Assembly: GCA_030295235.1 (NCBI GenBank)
Contig: AP026126.1
Location: forward strand, 682,001 to 746,000
Length of the DNA: 64,000 bases
Source: Fistulifera solaris
Taxonomy: Eukaryota
Direction: 5' to 3'
In this document: in pieces, positions 50,224 to 61,985 of the stretch
How positions within the stretch are numbered: the stretch's first letter is position 1
Layout: the number at the start of each line of letters is the position of its first letter
The notes under the pieces: generated by a model
What the model saw: the letters and a program-made list of their open reading frames with translations, nothing else
What the model was told of the DNA's origin: nothing
The model's database searches: none
Program-made: the position numbers and the translations under genes

Positions 50224-50745
50224 ACTCTATGTGATCTTTCGAAAAGAAGCGCGGCGCGACTTTATTATTTACCGTAGTTTTTGAAAAGATATTGCATGTT
50301 GTTACTGTGTGCCAAACTGTCAACTCGCGGCAACGACTGAATTTCAGTCATGAGTGTTGAGAAGTTAACGATTGTTCCCTTATTGTGTATTTTGGGTTTA
50401 ATTTGGTGACTCAAGCCTTGACTATACTAAGAATATATTTAAGCAATACTCACAAGTCTCAACCGATTGCAAATCCAGCCGAGCAGAAGTTTGAAATCAA
50501 TAGCTACGGCGAATTTCGGTCGGAGTACTGTTTAGGGGAAAGTACCCGTACCAGGTGTTTGTTCTCCGCGTGATAAACTCGTCCCCTAATCTCGCGTCGC
50601 CCTCTTGACCATGGGATTGCGTGTTTGCATTCGCCGCGGCTGGCTACGACTTTAGTCTTCACCGTTTCGTGTAATTATTTTCGAAAGAGCGGACTTGAGT
50701 TCATTCTTGCAGTAAATAAGTTGAAAAAATCTGGAAATTGAAATT

Positions 50746-51557
50746 ATGATTCGTATATCAGCAACGCGACTTATCTCGCTGCAGCGAGGGAGCGCGCTAG
50801 CACTTGCAAGTCGTCGTCCCATTCTGCGAGCGCAACCGAATTCTTTAGTCGAATGCAATGTTTGCTCACAAGGCGCTTCCTATGTTCGTGCTTTGAGTAG
50901 CAAACCCGGTGAGGAAGGAAAGAAAAAAAGAGGGAGAGGAAGGTACGACTGATGAAATTGTCCTCACTCCTGGTGAAAAAGTCGTTGCCGCAACGCGTTT
51001 GGGCTGGTACCTCGGCCTGGCAAGCTTCGCTGCTGCTTGCGCGTATTATATTGGCAAGGAGCTGATTCCGACGTAAGTGCTGCAGTACGATAAGGTTCCT
51101 CTATCAGTGATTGTTTCTCACTGCTGTTGCCCGCAGAAAAATGAGCCCCAACCGTGTGTTCGATCGTAGTTTTGAAATCATTCGCAAACATCCCGAAATC
51201 ATCCGTCAATATGGTGAATCTGTGAAAGCGTACGGAAGAGATCATGGGGGTCATCGTGAAGGTCGTCGCAACTTTGTGGAGCATACCGAATATGTCAGCC
51301 CAGACGATGGAAGCAAACGAACACGCGTACGCTACAATTTGGAGGGACGGTTCGGAAACGCATTTTGTTTTGCCGAAGTATCCAATCAAATGCCATCGGG
51401 AGAGTTCGTCTATATATTGGTACAGGACAAATCAAATGGACGAGTGCAGACTATCGTGGACAACCGGGCCGCCATGACGGCCGCCCGACTCACTGCGGGC
51501 TCGAAAGAAGCGCAGTCGGCCATGTCACAGCTTCTGACGGGTAGCAATAACAAGTAG
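50746..51557 (+). CDS. TIM21: Mitochondrial import subunit TIM21-like
   Basis: Presequence, TM helix, intron about 51073-51136, MSPNRVFD...YGESVKAYG...GRRNF. Confidence 0.75.
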
Positions 51558-51951
51558 AGTACAAATGATACAACGTGAGAGAGCATATACTCGATAGAAA
51601 CCTTGGATATTTCGTTGTGCAAGGCGCTCTGATTATATCAACGCAGCTGGTCATTCTTGTAACTTCTATCCTTCGCAGCAATATAGTAGTAAATTTGAAT
51701 TATGAAATCTTTTTATAGTTCTTTACTTAATTCTCTCGTGATGGTGGTGAAGTTGGGCTTGCAAGAACCTTGATTCATTTACAACTGAATTTGTAGGTTT
51801 CATTCGTTAAGACAACACAGTGGGTCATTTCGAAGACATCGATCCGCTAAGCTTCTCGATTTCATGAATCGATGCAGACAATGCAAATGCTACTGATTGA
51901 TATCTTACTTAGGTTAGGTGGCAGTCGGGCTCGCAAAAATCTCGCTTCATG

Positions 51952-52390
51952 ACTCATGACTGATTTGCAGTCTTGGCAAAGTAACATCGAAGACAACGAT
52001 CCACAGACTTTTCGATATATTGAATTGATTTGTGCACTGTAATGCTGCTGACTAAAATTTTGTTGCTAGCAAAGCAAATCTAGTATTCCGATGTTGCTAA
52101 AAGGAGGTTAGGTAGAAGTCGGAAAAGATGTTAACTCATGACTGAAAAGCAGTCTTGATTGGGAATAGTAAATTCATTGGGGGAAAAACTGTCCGCTTGG
52201 CTTTTGGACATCATAAATCGATTAGCAAATTTTCATGCTGCGAGTGATAATGCATTCCTAGCAAAATTAATTTTGGTTTACAATCCTGTAAAATGAAGGC
52301 CTGTTGCTTAGTCTGGCTCGGAAGAACAGTGATGATTCATGACTGAAAATGCAGTCTTGGTAGCGAGAACCTACACTTTACGCTATAGTA
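51952..52390 (-). repeat. Three copies of the dispersed palindromic repeat
   Basis: TCATGACTG...CAGTCTTG at 51954, 52136 and 52337. The last extends to CCTACACTTTACGCTATAGTA. Confidence 0.85.
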
Positions 52391-52636
52391 GGAACGGCAC
52401 GATGATGATGATTCGCGCAATTTGCAACGTTATCATTATTTCTCGACGTTGTGAAATATCATCGAATGAACTATAGACCATTGTAAATCAGTGATCGCAT
52501 CTGCAAGAAGTTTGTTCCGCTCCATTACAATCCGTACATCTATCAAGTTCGTTGCCACTACCGGAGCGCGTTTGCCTGGGCTGCTCTTCGGAAGTGGTTT
52601 TGCAGTTCTTTTTCAACGGTGAAAACAACTCCGTCC

Positions 52637-53548
52637 ATGACAGAACCAACCTACTTGAGCGCATCCGCGGCAGCTGCTCTCGATGCGGAACTCATGTCAG
52701 AACCTGGCTTCACTCTGGAGCAACTGATGGAGTTGGCCGGCCTGGCGGTCGCCGAGGCGGTGTACACTGTCGTCGAAGAACGACGTCCATCACCACAAGT
52801 CAAACCCAAGATTCTCGTTATTTGCGGGCCAGGAAATAATGGAGGAGACGGTCTCGTGGCGGCAAGGCACCTAGTTCTGTTTGGTTACGAATGCGTCGTG
52901 GTATATCCGAAACGATCCAACAAGCAGCATTTTGTGAATTTGCAAAAGCAATGCGAAGATATGGGCATTGCGGTTCTAAATGGTATGCCTGACGATTTTG
53001 AAGATTGTAGTCGGGATTATGCAGCGATCGTGGACTCGATCTTTGGGTTTAGCTTTCACGGTGAGCCTCGGGCTCCGTTTGATGATATTCTCTTGCAATT
53101 GAGGAAGGCGCAGGATAGTGCACTGGTTGTATCGGTGGACGTTCCGTCTGGCTGGGATGTAGACGAGGGTGATGTAGGGAACTCTGGCTTTTCACCGCAA
53201 GTATTGATTAGTTTAACAGCTCCGAAGGGATGTGCGAAGAATTTTGGGGGTCGGCACTTTGTGGGAGGTCGGTTTGTGCCGCCGTACTTGGAAGAAAAGT
53301 ATCAATTTCGTATGCCACACTATCCTGGAACGAGTCAGGTGGTAGAGTTGAAGAAAGTTCCAAAAAACAGCGGCTGGGAAGCCGAATATGCTGCTTACTT
53401 GGCAGAGAAGGCCACGACTGAGCAATCTACCCCGCAGAAGACCAGTCTCGTCGAAGAAGATTCCTGGGAAGCGCAGTACGCTGCGTACTTGCAAGAGAAG
53501 GAAGCTACTGAGTTTGCAAGATACGAGGCACGAAACGAGGATATATGA
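52637..53548 (+). CDS. NAXE: NAD(P)HX epimerase (YjeF-N), copy 2, with a C-terminal extension
   Basis: Core nearly identical to copy 1. The first in-frame ATG after the stop at 52484 is 52637. About 65 extra C-terminal residues. Confidence 0.93.
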   Translation: MTEPTYLSASAAAALDAELMSEPGFTLEQLMELAGLAVAEAVYTVVEERRPSPQVKPKILVICGPGNNGGDGLVAARHLVLFGYECVVVYPKRSNKQHFVNLQKQCEDMGIAVLNGMPDDFEDCSRDYAAIVDSIFGFSFHGEPRAPFDDILLQLRKAQDSALVVSVDVPSGWDVDEGDVGNSGFSPQVLISLTAPKGCAKNFGGRHFVGGRFVPPYLEEKYQFRMPHYPGTSQVVELKKVPKNSGWEAEYAAYLAEKATTEQSTPQKTSLVEEDSWEAQYAAYLQEKEATEFARYEARNEDI

Positions 53549-53788
53549 CCACTGAAAATAAGATCATACTTTTTAGTTGCACAGCTGCTACTGTCAAATG
53601 GCAGTCTTCTTGGATTTGCGTCACAATTGCGGCGAATTTTTTATTGTTTCCTTACGCTGTATCGCAAAGAAAGCCTGAAAGAATCCTGTTTTGACACGGA
53701 GCTTAAAAAAGCTCATCTCTCTTTTTAGGGAGGTAGAAAATCTCCTTTTCAGTTCGGTTTGGTCTGCTAAAAGCGAAACTAATCATTT

Positions 53789-56700
53789 TTAACTGAACAT
53801 GGATGCTATTGATAAGCGCCTTCCGGCTGGTTTTTTCGGAGGTGGCGAATTTACTATGGAATGAAGTGTTCCTAGCTGCCCGATTGTTAACTCCTGACGT
53901 TTGGCGAGAAGAGATGAGAGCAGCTTGTACAGTCTTAGAATTAAAACCGGCTTGTCGTTTTCAAGAGCTGCTATATCCTTGAATGAAATGAAATGGAGCG
54001 AGCACGATGTGACTAAGAACTTTGTTAGAGGAAGAGATGACGAGGTTCCTTTTAGGGGAAGTAACTCACCTGCAACCGTAGTTGCTGATGATTCCAGCCC
54101 GGCTAAACATTCCGTAGATCCTAACACCCAGCCAGGTCCCACTTGGATCATTTAGGGAAGTTAGTGTTAAACAACTGCTGTTCACGACGTAACTGAGAAC
54201 TTACCTCTTGCAATTCGAAATAGATGCGCATGAGGAGCTGTAATATCACCTATTTTTATTGCGGCAGTAGCAAGCTGAACTGAGCTAAAGCCATTCGAGC
54301 CACTCATCCCTTTTGCAGAGTATACAGAACCGAATTTCCGTGAAAATGTTTCGCTTCCTGCTCGATTTGTTGTGAGATCGGAGCTTGTTTCGATGCGCTA
54401 AACGCGTCAGAAAGGCCGTGTGATGTGAGGAATTAGACGCTACTATCGCTTTTGATTTTTCCCTTGGCGGACTCACCATCACACCTTCTTCAATAAAAAA
54501 TAAGCCGCGATCGCCAAAATGCTTTTCGTGAAGAATATCATTCGGATCGAGCTCTAAGATGGTCACATAATCTCCCAAGTCCGCTAAATCGGTTGTTGCA
54601 TTCGTTCCGTGCTAAAGGGAAAAAATGTATCGTGAGAGAAAGTGGGTGAATGTATTTCTTGTTCATAACGTACCTGCTCGTCGATCAGCTGGAGTGCTTT
54701 TGCAAATCCATTCCCGTTTAATTTTACTCTGTCATTCACACTATTTTCAACTCGCTCGTGCTCTAATAGTAAATCTTCAGCCTTCCCGACTGCTCCATCG
54801 AGCGTTGAGAGAAATCTGAGTTTGCGGTTTGAGCTCAACATGGGATCGCTTCGTAATCCCCCCGCTGTCATCACTCCACGAAGGTCTTTAGAAACCCCGG
54901 AAAGAAACAGTTTGCAATTGTGATTGTTGCAGAAATTAAGTACGTCGGCGAACACGTCCACAGCTGAAGTGTCCATTCCAGTTACGAGCGTGAAATCTAG
55001 AATTAAATACTGCGGTTTTGGAGAGACCAAATGCGGGTCGGTTCCTGGACTTTCGACCGCGAAATTAGATGTAATGTATCCAAAAATTGAAGAAGCATTT
55101 CCGAAAAACAAAAATTTTGAAGAACCAAGATCTGTATAAGATCTCCATTTCGGTCAAGCCATTTTGCATCCTTGGCGACTCTTTCAACTGTTGAGCGAAT
55201 TGTTATGCCGTTGGCCACATATTTGACGACGCCCGTTCGGAACAATGCAGCGACAAAGAGAAATGTACTCATCGCTAAACCAAAGAAAACTGACTGCAGA
55301 ACGCCGACTGCAAAAGATAAAATCATTATAAGCGGGGTGACAAGCCACTCTGTCTTGTTCTTCGTCTTGAAATAGCTCCTCACGAGCCATGTCCATGTCA
55401 TGTCTATGAATCCCAGAACTAATAAAGAGCTAAAGGCCGGCTTTGGGATGTAACCGACGAGCCGGAAATCATTCATGTAAAACAAAAGAAGGATTATTAA
55501 GTTTCCGAACTGTGGTGCACGCTGTTCAGCTCGAAGCTATGAATTGCAGCGTTAGCGAAAGGTCTCAAAGAATGTTCGCTGTCTAGCAAAACTAATACTC
55601 ACCTCGAACATGGTCGATGATGCGTTGATAGCTGGAATCACAGCAAAACTTCCCACGACCGCACAAATGAACTGACTTATACCGTACTGCAGAAATATAT
55701 CCTCCTTACATCACAGGAAGACAATCATAAGCAGAGTGACAAATGGCGGAGAAAGCGAATCTAGAGACACTTACAAGTGAAACATTGGTTGGCTTTGCCT
55801 TTTCGATTGTCATTTCATCCGAAAGCGAGCTCGATGGTGCAGCATTGTACTCGACATCAATCGATTCGGAAAAGGATCTAGGACGACCAGGATTAGCAGA
55901 AGTAAGCGTGGATTCATCATTATGAGCTCTTGAAATACGTTGAATGTTTGATACGTTTCTTCTTAAAGCGGCTGCGTGAAGAGAGCAGCGGATCAAATAT
56001 AGGAAAGCCAGCGACAAAGTTGGATCCAGTGCTTGCGCTAGAGCGCTCCACTGCAATTTTCCTCGAAAGAGCGCATCAATCCAGCCTAACGGAACTGGGG
56101 GAGACCAAGCGGTATGTTCCGCCTAAGATTTGATAGTGTGAGCGTCTGAGCTCATGCTTTTAGCCTGTGAAGCATCGTCTTCATATTACGTACCGATTCT
56201 GTGACTTTGTAAATGAGGTCATCCTCGCTCCAAAACCAGTGCTTCTCGATCATATCTTGTCTCGAAAGACCAAATGCGATCATGGTGGCGTAAAACAAGA
56301 AAATGGTACTACAAAGGACCCCAACAACGTAAAAGGGATGTTTCGGTCCGAGGTATTTCATGACACATGCCACCACCACGCTCGGTAAATGGTGGAGAAA
56401 ACAACGCTGGATAAGATTCCAATCACCTGAATAGAATACATCTCCAACGGCTCTACCGTTAGCATCAATTTTGAAAGCCAGTGTCCATGTCATCACACCG
56501 ACGGCGGCAAAGAAGCCTGCCAACACAGGATACGGCAAGAATGAACCGAGGTTCGCCAGTCTCGAGGCGCTGGACGCAATGAGCAAGGCCCCGGATATGA
56601 CAAGGGATAACGCCGTTAAGGTAAGGAAGGTTGTTAGAAAAATCTGGTCCGTGTCTTGGTCCGATGTGATAAGCGGATCGTTGGAAATTGCTTCATCTAC

Positions 56701-57649
56701 TACCACCGCAATGTTGGCCAGAAATGGAGCCGAAAAAAGGTCAACTAGAGATAACCAAGGATTGAGACGCAAATCATTCAATCACAATGGCGACAAACAT
56801 CAACCTACCTGTTGGATAGAGGGCAGGTATTTCCCCGCCCAGCGTTATGAAGATGATCGGACCGCCGGCCATGATGCCCAGAGAAGCAACTTTTGTAAAC
56901 AAACCGAGCATGCTTTTGGTGGCATGGGGTCTTGTGATAGCAGCTCCCATGGTGAGTGAAAACACAATCTGAAATAGAACGAACATGAAGCTACCAACCC
57001 AGGTGGAGGGATTGATAAGCTCCCGGCCGATTGTTTCCCCTATCGAGGCTAAACTGTCCTTCATTTGAGCAAAAGACAGGTGCTTCGTGACATGGTTCTG
57101 TTGCTCATCACGAGGGTAAACTGGCATTTCGTAGATAGAAGGTAGAAAAGCAGTTCGTTCGTCCAGGTCCTCAGGAATTCCTGTTTTTGGGGTGCCCTCA
57201 TGACGCGTCTTTCCTGTTTTCAAGGAGGCAGCCAGTAACGGCGTGGACTCCAACTTTCTATCGATCAACTTGTGTTCATCGAACAGATGTTCTTGCGTAG
57301 AATTTAAAAATGCTTTAGTGTCAAGGGGATTTTTTCTATGCGTATCGACGCGCGGCACTGCAGCCCCGGAAAATTGTTTTGGGTTCTGTGGTTTCGTTTC
57401 CAAGGGATCATCCATTGTCATGTAATTCGTGGTGTCGTCGTTAATCAAAGACCTCACCCTAGTTATAGGAGTTTTATCGTCGACAAGAGATAACTTGTCA
57501 AATGCAATGTTATCATGAAATGCTGTCGTGGGTCGCGGAACGGAGACCGGAGTTTTGGGTGAAAGCGGTGGTTTGAAAAGCCCCAATAGAACCGCAGCAG
57601 CGTCTGATTGGTCTGTGTCGTTTTGTTGAGATGATGCCGTAGAAGTCAT
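53789..57649 (-). CDS. SLC26/SulP transporter with STAS and cNMP-binding-like domains
   Basis: LGSFLPYPVLAGFFAAVG, STAS YLILDFTLVTGMDTSAVD, GLFFIEEG and VGPGWVLG. Multiple introns. Confidence 0.88.
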
Positions 57650-58083
57650 GATATTACCGCATTGTTAGAAGATCGTCCACAATTGGAAGCAATCTGAAGA
57701 CCCAAAGCATTCTTGATAAGCGTCCTCTTTTCAGGTTTGAGGCAAACGAAATGAATTTCCCGAATGAGTCTTTTTTTTCTTTGCATTCGGGCTCGGGCGA
57801 ATGTGTATCATCGATCATCAGTATCTATCATCAACATCCATTAGCGTTCATGTTACATTGCGTCAGCTAACACCACTTTTGTCCCGCCCTCTCTAGATTG
57901 CGCCCGTCGTCTGGCCTTGCGCCGCCGAGCTCGGAAAAAGAGCGGAGGCGGAAGAGGCGGTTGCTTGATTTTGATGTTATTGCAAACAAAATGTGTTGAC
58001 CCTCCTTCGCTGGATAATTAATTGCATCTATTCCTGATTACTTCGAACCAAAGCATACCAGAAGTCACTTGTTTGTCGGAAAG

Positions 58084-60436
58084 ATGCTGCGTTCAGTGAT
58101 CTGGTCACGACAGTCGAAAATAGCGCTCCGAGGAGCCACTGCTTTGGGGCCTACCCGATGGCAATCCGGCGGCGACAAGAAAAACAAGTCGAATTTCGAT
58201 CGCGACGTCTTGCAGCGGGCGGCACGTGGGGAATTGGGACCGAAACACACGTCCGGTATTCCTAAACTGGCCGGTCGCAAAACCAAGGCTCGTTTGACGC
58301 CTCCGGTGCGGAACGATGCTTCGAAAATTTACATCAGTGACCACGAGGATTTAGAGGAGGAGGAGGATGACGATATGGATGTCACTCGCACGAATTCTTT
58401 GAGAGAAGCACTTAGCAAAGGACGCGAACGAGATGTGAACCTTGATAGCCTACCTTTTTCTGACGACGACTCCGATGAGGAGCCTGAATATGAAGGAGAC
58501 CGATATGTGGATGAGTACTATGCAAGTGACGTTTTCGATGATAATAAATACTACTGGAGAGAAGAAGACTACGATGGTTTGGAATGCGACGTTGACGACG
58601 AGGCGTTCGAGAAGGATGAGAATGGCTACTACGTCATACCTTACGAACGAGTCAACACCATCAGCGACCACAACATCACTGGCGCTCTGGATCAAATTGA
58701 GGAAGAGCCAACCATGTCGGATGATTTCTGGGACGATATGGACGACGAAATGCAAAAGAAAACGAGAGGAGATACGATCTGGCAACAAGACAACCCAGAA
58801 GATTTCTTTTTCTTTGACCAGCATGATCTCTTTACTATCGCAGGAGCCGATCCATCTTCCTTGAAAGACAATATGAGACTTGATAATGTAGTCCTTCCTT
58901 TGCAAGAACATGGCCCAGACCTTGACGATTTTCTCGAATCAGTCATCAAACATCCGACAAATTTCGCCAAAGTCAATTACGAAAACACCCACCCTACGAG
59001 TCAGCGGGAGCCAAAGCCAGACTTTCCTCCGAACCGTGCTCAACCGACCCTTGATTTTGTCGAATCGCACGCCCGCTTTCTTTACGTTTCAGGCCTTCCT
59101 CCACTAGAAGTCGGCGGGGAAGCTGGCGAGTTAGAGAACCCCCTTCACCGGAATGCGCTTCAGAAAAAGATAGCCGATTTATTCGATCTGGATTCGACGC
59201 AGGTGTTTCCTGCCAATAACACATCGGGTTTCGTTGGTTTGAGCTCACCGCGGCAGTTATCAGATATCCTGTTGAAAGGGCCGAACCAAGAATTTTTCTC
59301 TGTTCCTGCGACGATTTCACGACCCGATGAAGTAGCAACAGAGCTTGATTTCGTCAAAGCCTCCGACCCGGGTGCTGTTGTCATGATATCGAAGATTCCC
59401 CCGAATCATTCACCTTTATCTCTTGCGCGAGATCTTTTCCCGCCAATACTGAGATTGGAGCTGTGTATGGCAAAGGTCTTTCTGCCGATCACTTCTACTT
59501 CATGTCGCAAAGCAAGGTACTCGTACGCTTTTCGTCCAAGAAACAAGCTGATTCGGCGATTGAGTCCGATCTCGTCAAATCTCGACTTCGGGACCGCGGT
59601 AAATATCCGGTGCAAATTTTCCGCGCTAGACGTGAGCTTGTACACGACAAATTTGGAGGTCCTGCAAAGACCAAAGAGCTTCGTAAACCAGGGCCTCGCT
59701 TAATTGTTGACGGTGATATGCCTTCGAAGAATTTCTTTTGACTCACGCCGACGTTGTTTACATGTGGGGAGCTGATCAGTGTATTTCCAAAGCGGAGATC
59801 TCAAAAGCATTTAACGAGTTTTCTTCAAATGCTCGAGATGTCGAAGGCTCTATCGAATTTGTGACATGTCATGCTGGACGTCCTACGGGACGAGTGTATA
59901 TTGGTTTTGATAATCCTGGCGAAGCGGAAGAAATGTTAAAAAGTACGTATGGTCGGTTGAAGATTGGGGATCGCACGGTCAGAATGCGGCTCGTTCGCAA
60001 TCGTTTGGTCCCCAATCGTGCACTCCAACTTGCCGAGAAGCGACCTGATCGCAAGGAGGACGAACTCATCGATGACCTGAATAACTGGGAGAAGTACGTC
60101 GATCCCGCAGACCTTGAACTTTTAGAAAAAGCGGGTATTAATAAAGTCGCTCTTGATGAGTCCTTGAGGACTTTTCGGTTTCACAATCCAACCTTCGGGG
60201 CTCTTGATTCTTCCCTACGCTCCGAGGCCTTGCGTCCAGAACTGGAACGGGGACAACAGTACAAAGAACTGGTTCAAATGTACGTGGAGACATTGAAAGA
60301 GTGCTTACCCTCGCGTGAAGAGCCGGGACTGATTTATGAGGCACTTCATTTCCCTGATGAACCTATCGATTTGACTATATTTGACCGCGAAAAGGAGCGA
60401 CAGAAGGTACTGAATGAGAAGCGCGCAAGATCATAG
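58084..60436 (+). CDS. Large hypothetical, probably mitochondrial, with degenerate RRM-like segments
   Basis: Arg-rich presequence (...TRWQS), acidic region, RFLYVSGLP and PTGRVYIGFD RNP-like motifs. Frameshifts near 59440 and 59735. Confidence 0.6.
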
Positions 60437-60479
60437 CTAAGTTAAGTAGTATGAGCGATCAGCCAATTAATCAGGAGTC

Positions 60480-61322
60480 TCAATCTGGTCTGCTTCTCGT
60501 AACGTGCCAGACTTCGATATCGTCGGCAGAGTAAACATCGTCTTGATCGTCGATGCTCACTACTGTCAGCTCCAGCGTCTTTGCGGATGCCAGTTCGATA
60601 AACTTTTCTTTGGGGTCATATTCGGGAAAGTATCGATATTCATAGGATAAAATGGCTAGAGCACCTGGTTTGAATAGCAGTTGGTCGAGAGCTTCCACCA
60701 GCGGGGCGATCGGATACAGTTTCGGAAGAACACAATCCGACACTAAAATAATGTCGGCGTCTTCTGTGGGTAGTACTCCGGTTCCCCACCAATATTCAGA
60801 TACTTTTATTTTGGTCAAGTCGAGTCCATTTGCGATCGCTCGGTTGATATTCTCGCCTGCCAATCGAACGACGGCGGCTTCTCCGTCTGTGCAAATCACG
60901 TGTTCGGCCCCCAAAAACACGGCCGCTATGCTCGTAATTCCCGTTCCACTCCCTAAATCCACGACTTTCTTTCCTCGTATCAATCTGGCGGCGTGTTTCT
61001 CCATATATTTGAGCAAGACCATACTCGCAGGCCATACGGTAGCACCCGTGCCATAGGTACCTTCCACTTCTCCCCGCTGTACTTGTAGCACGCTGAATTG
61101 CTGCACAGTGTTATCGGAGACGTTGATTGTTACGGGGTACAACTCACTTTGCGAATGTCGGTTCCTCCAACCCAAATTTTTAATTTTCTTGCTAATAAAA
61201 CGACTCGGATTCTTCTGTGTGCTTCCCGTTTGCGCATCCAGGGCCGAGAAGAATGCCATCGCGCTAGGGGAAGATCTTCTTCGATACGGTGCCGAAGGCT
61301 CGGCATTGGGTGAATCGGTCAT
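60480..61322 (-). CDS. METTL21/Methyltransf_16-family protein methyltransferase
   Basis: GTGATVWPASMVL, VVDLGSGTG, VICTD, YWWG, ILVSDCV. Confidence 0.88.
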   Translation of the reverse strand: MTDSPNAEPSAPYRRRSSPSAMAFFSALDAQTGSTQKNPSRFISKKIKNLGWRNRHSQSELYPVTINVSDNTVQQFSVLQVQRGEVEGTYGTGATVWPASMVLLKYMEKHAARLIRGKKVVDLGSGTGITSIAAVFLGAEHVICTDGEAAVVRLAGENINRAIANGLDLTKIKVSEYWWGTGVLPTEDADIILVSDCVLPKLYPIAPLVEALDQLLFKPGALAILSYEYRYFPEYDPKEKFIELASAKTLELTVVSIDDQDDVYSADDIEVWHVTRSRPD

Positions 61323-61985
61323 TCTGACTGATTTTTTTTGTTGCGAGGGGAACACAGGTCGGACTTGGCTTCCGCTAAGGTATACAAAGAAGTGATGCCT
61401 GCGACGTAAAAAAGTGATAACACGTTTCTGACTGGAGGGGATAGTGACAATGGAATAATAGACTAGCTACTTGTATCGTTTTCGAAATGAAGATGAGGGA
61501 AAAAAGTTGCTTAGCAGTAAAGAATACTGAAAGGTTTACCAAATGTCAAGTATACTACGTAAGAAAGAGCGACGCGGCATCGGCATGGGGGAGTTCTGGG
61601 ACGCGACACTCAAATAATAGGCCTCTGGAACATTTAATGGCCTATATGAAGTACGCAGGTCACGTTCTGTCCCACCTGTATTGGTTTCGCTACGACTTGA
61701 AAGGTGAATGGTGCCACTCGTCTCCTTTGTAGTTTACTATTTTGAGTATACAAACGGTGACATGGGAGAATTTCCTCATTTAGCGAGAACAAGAATGGGC
61801 CTTGGCGATCGGCTGCACGGGTGCACGGGTGCCAAATGTGTGCGCCCGCAACATGAAAAACGCAACAAGCCTCTACATTTCGATGAAGTAAAAAAGAGGG
61901 GAAAGAGTTATCAATTAAAAAACAATTAATACAGCCCTTTCCCGCACTGCATTTAGATCCGCTCCGATCTGTCGCGTGGTAAAGG

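Noticed and set aside
2092..60436. Many frameshifts suggesting mass pseudogenisation or programmed frameshifting
   Set aside because: They hit essential genes (RPL5, RPN3, BMS1, CTR9), mostly at short homopolymers, and in-frame stops do not accumulate. Sequencing/assembly indels are the simplest explanation, and short-read polishing would confirm this.
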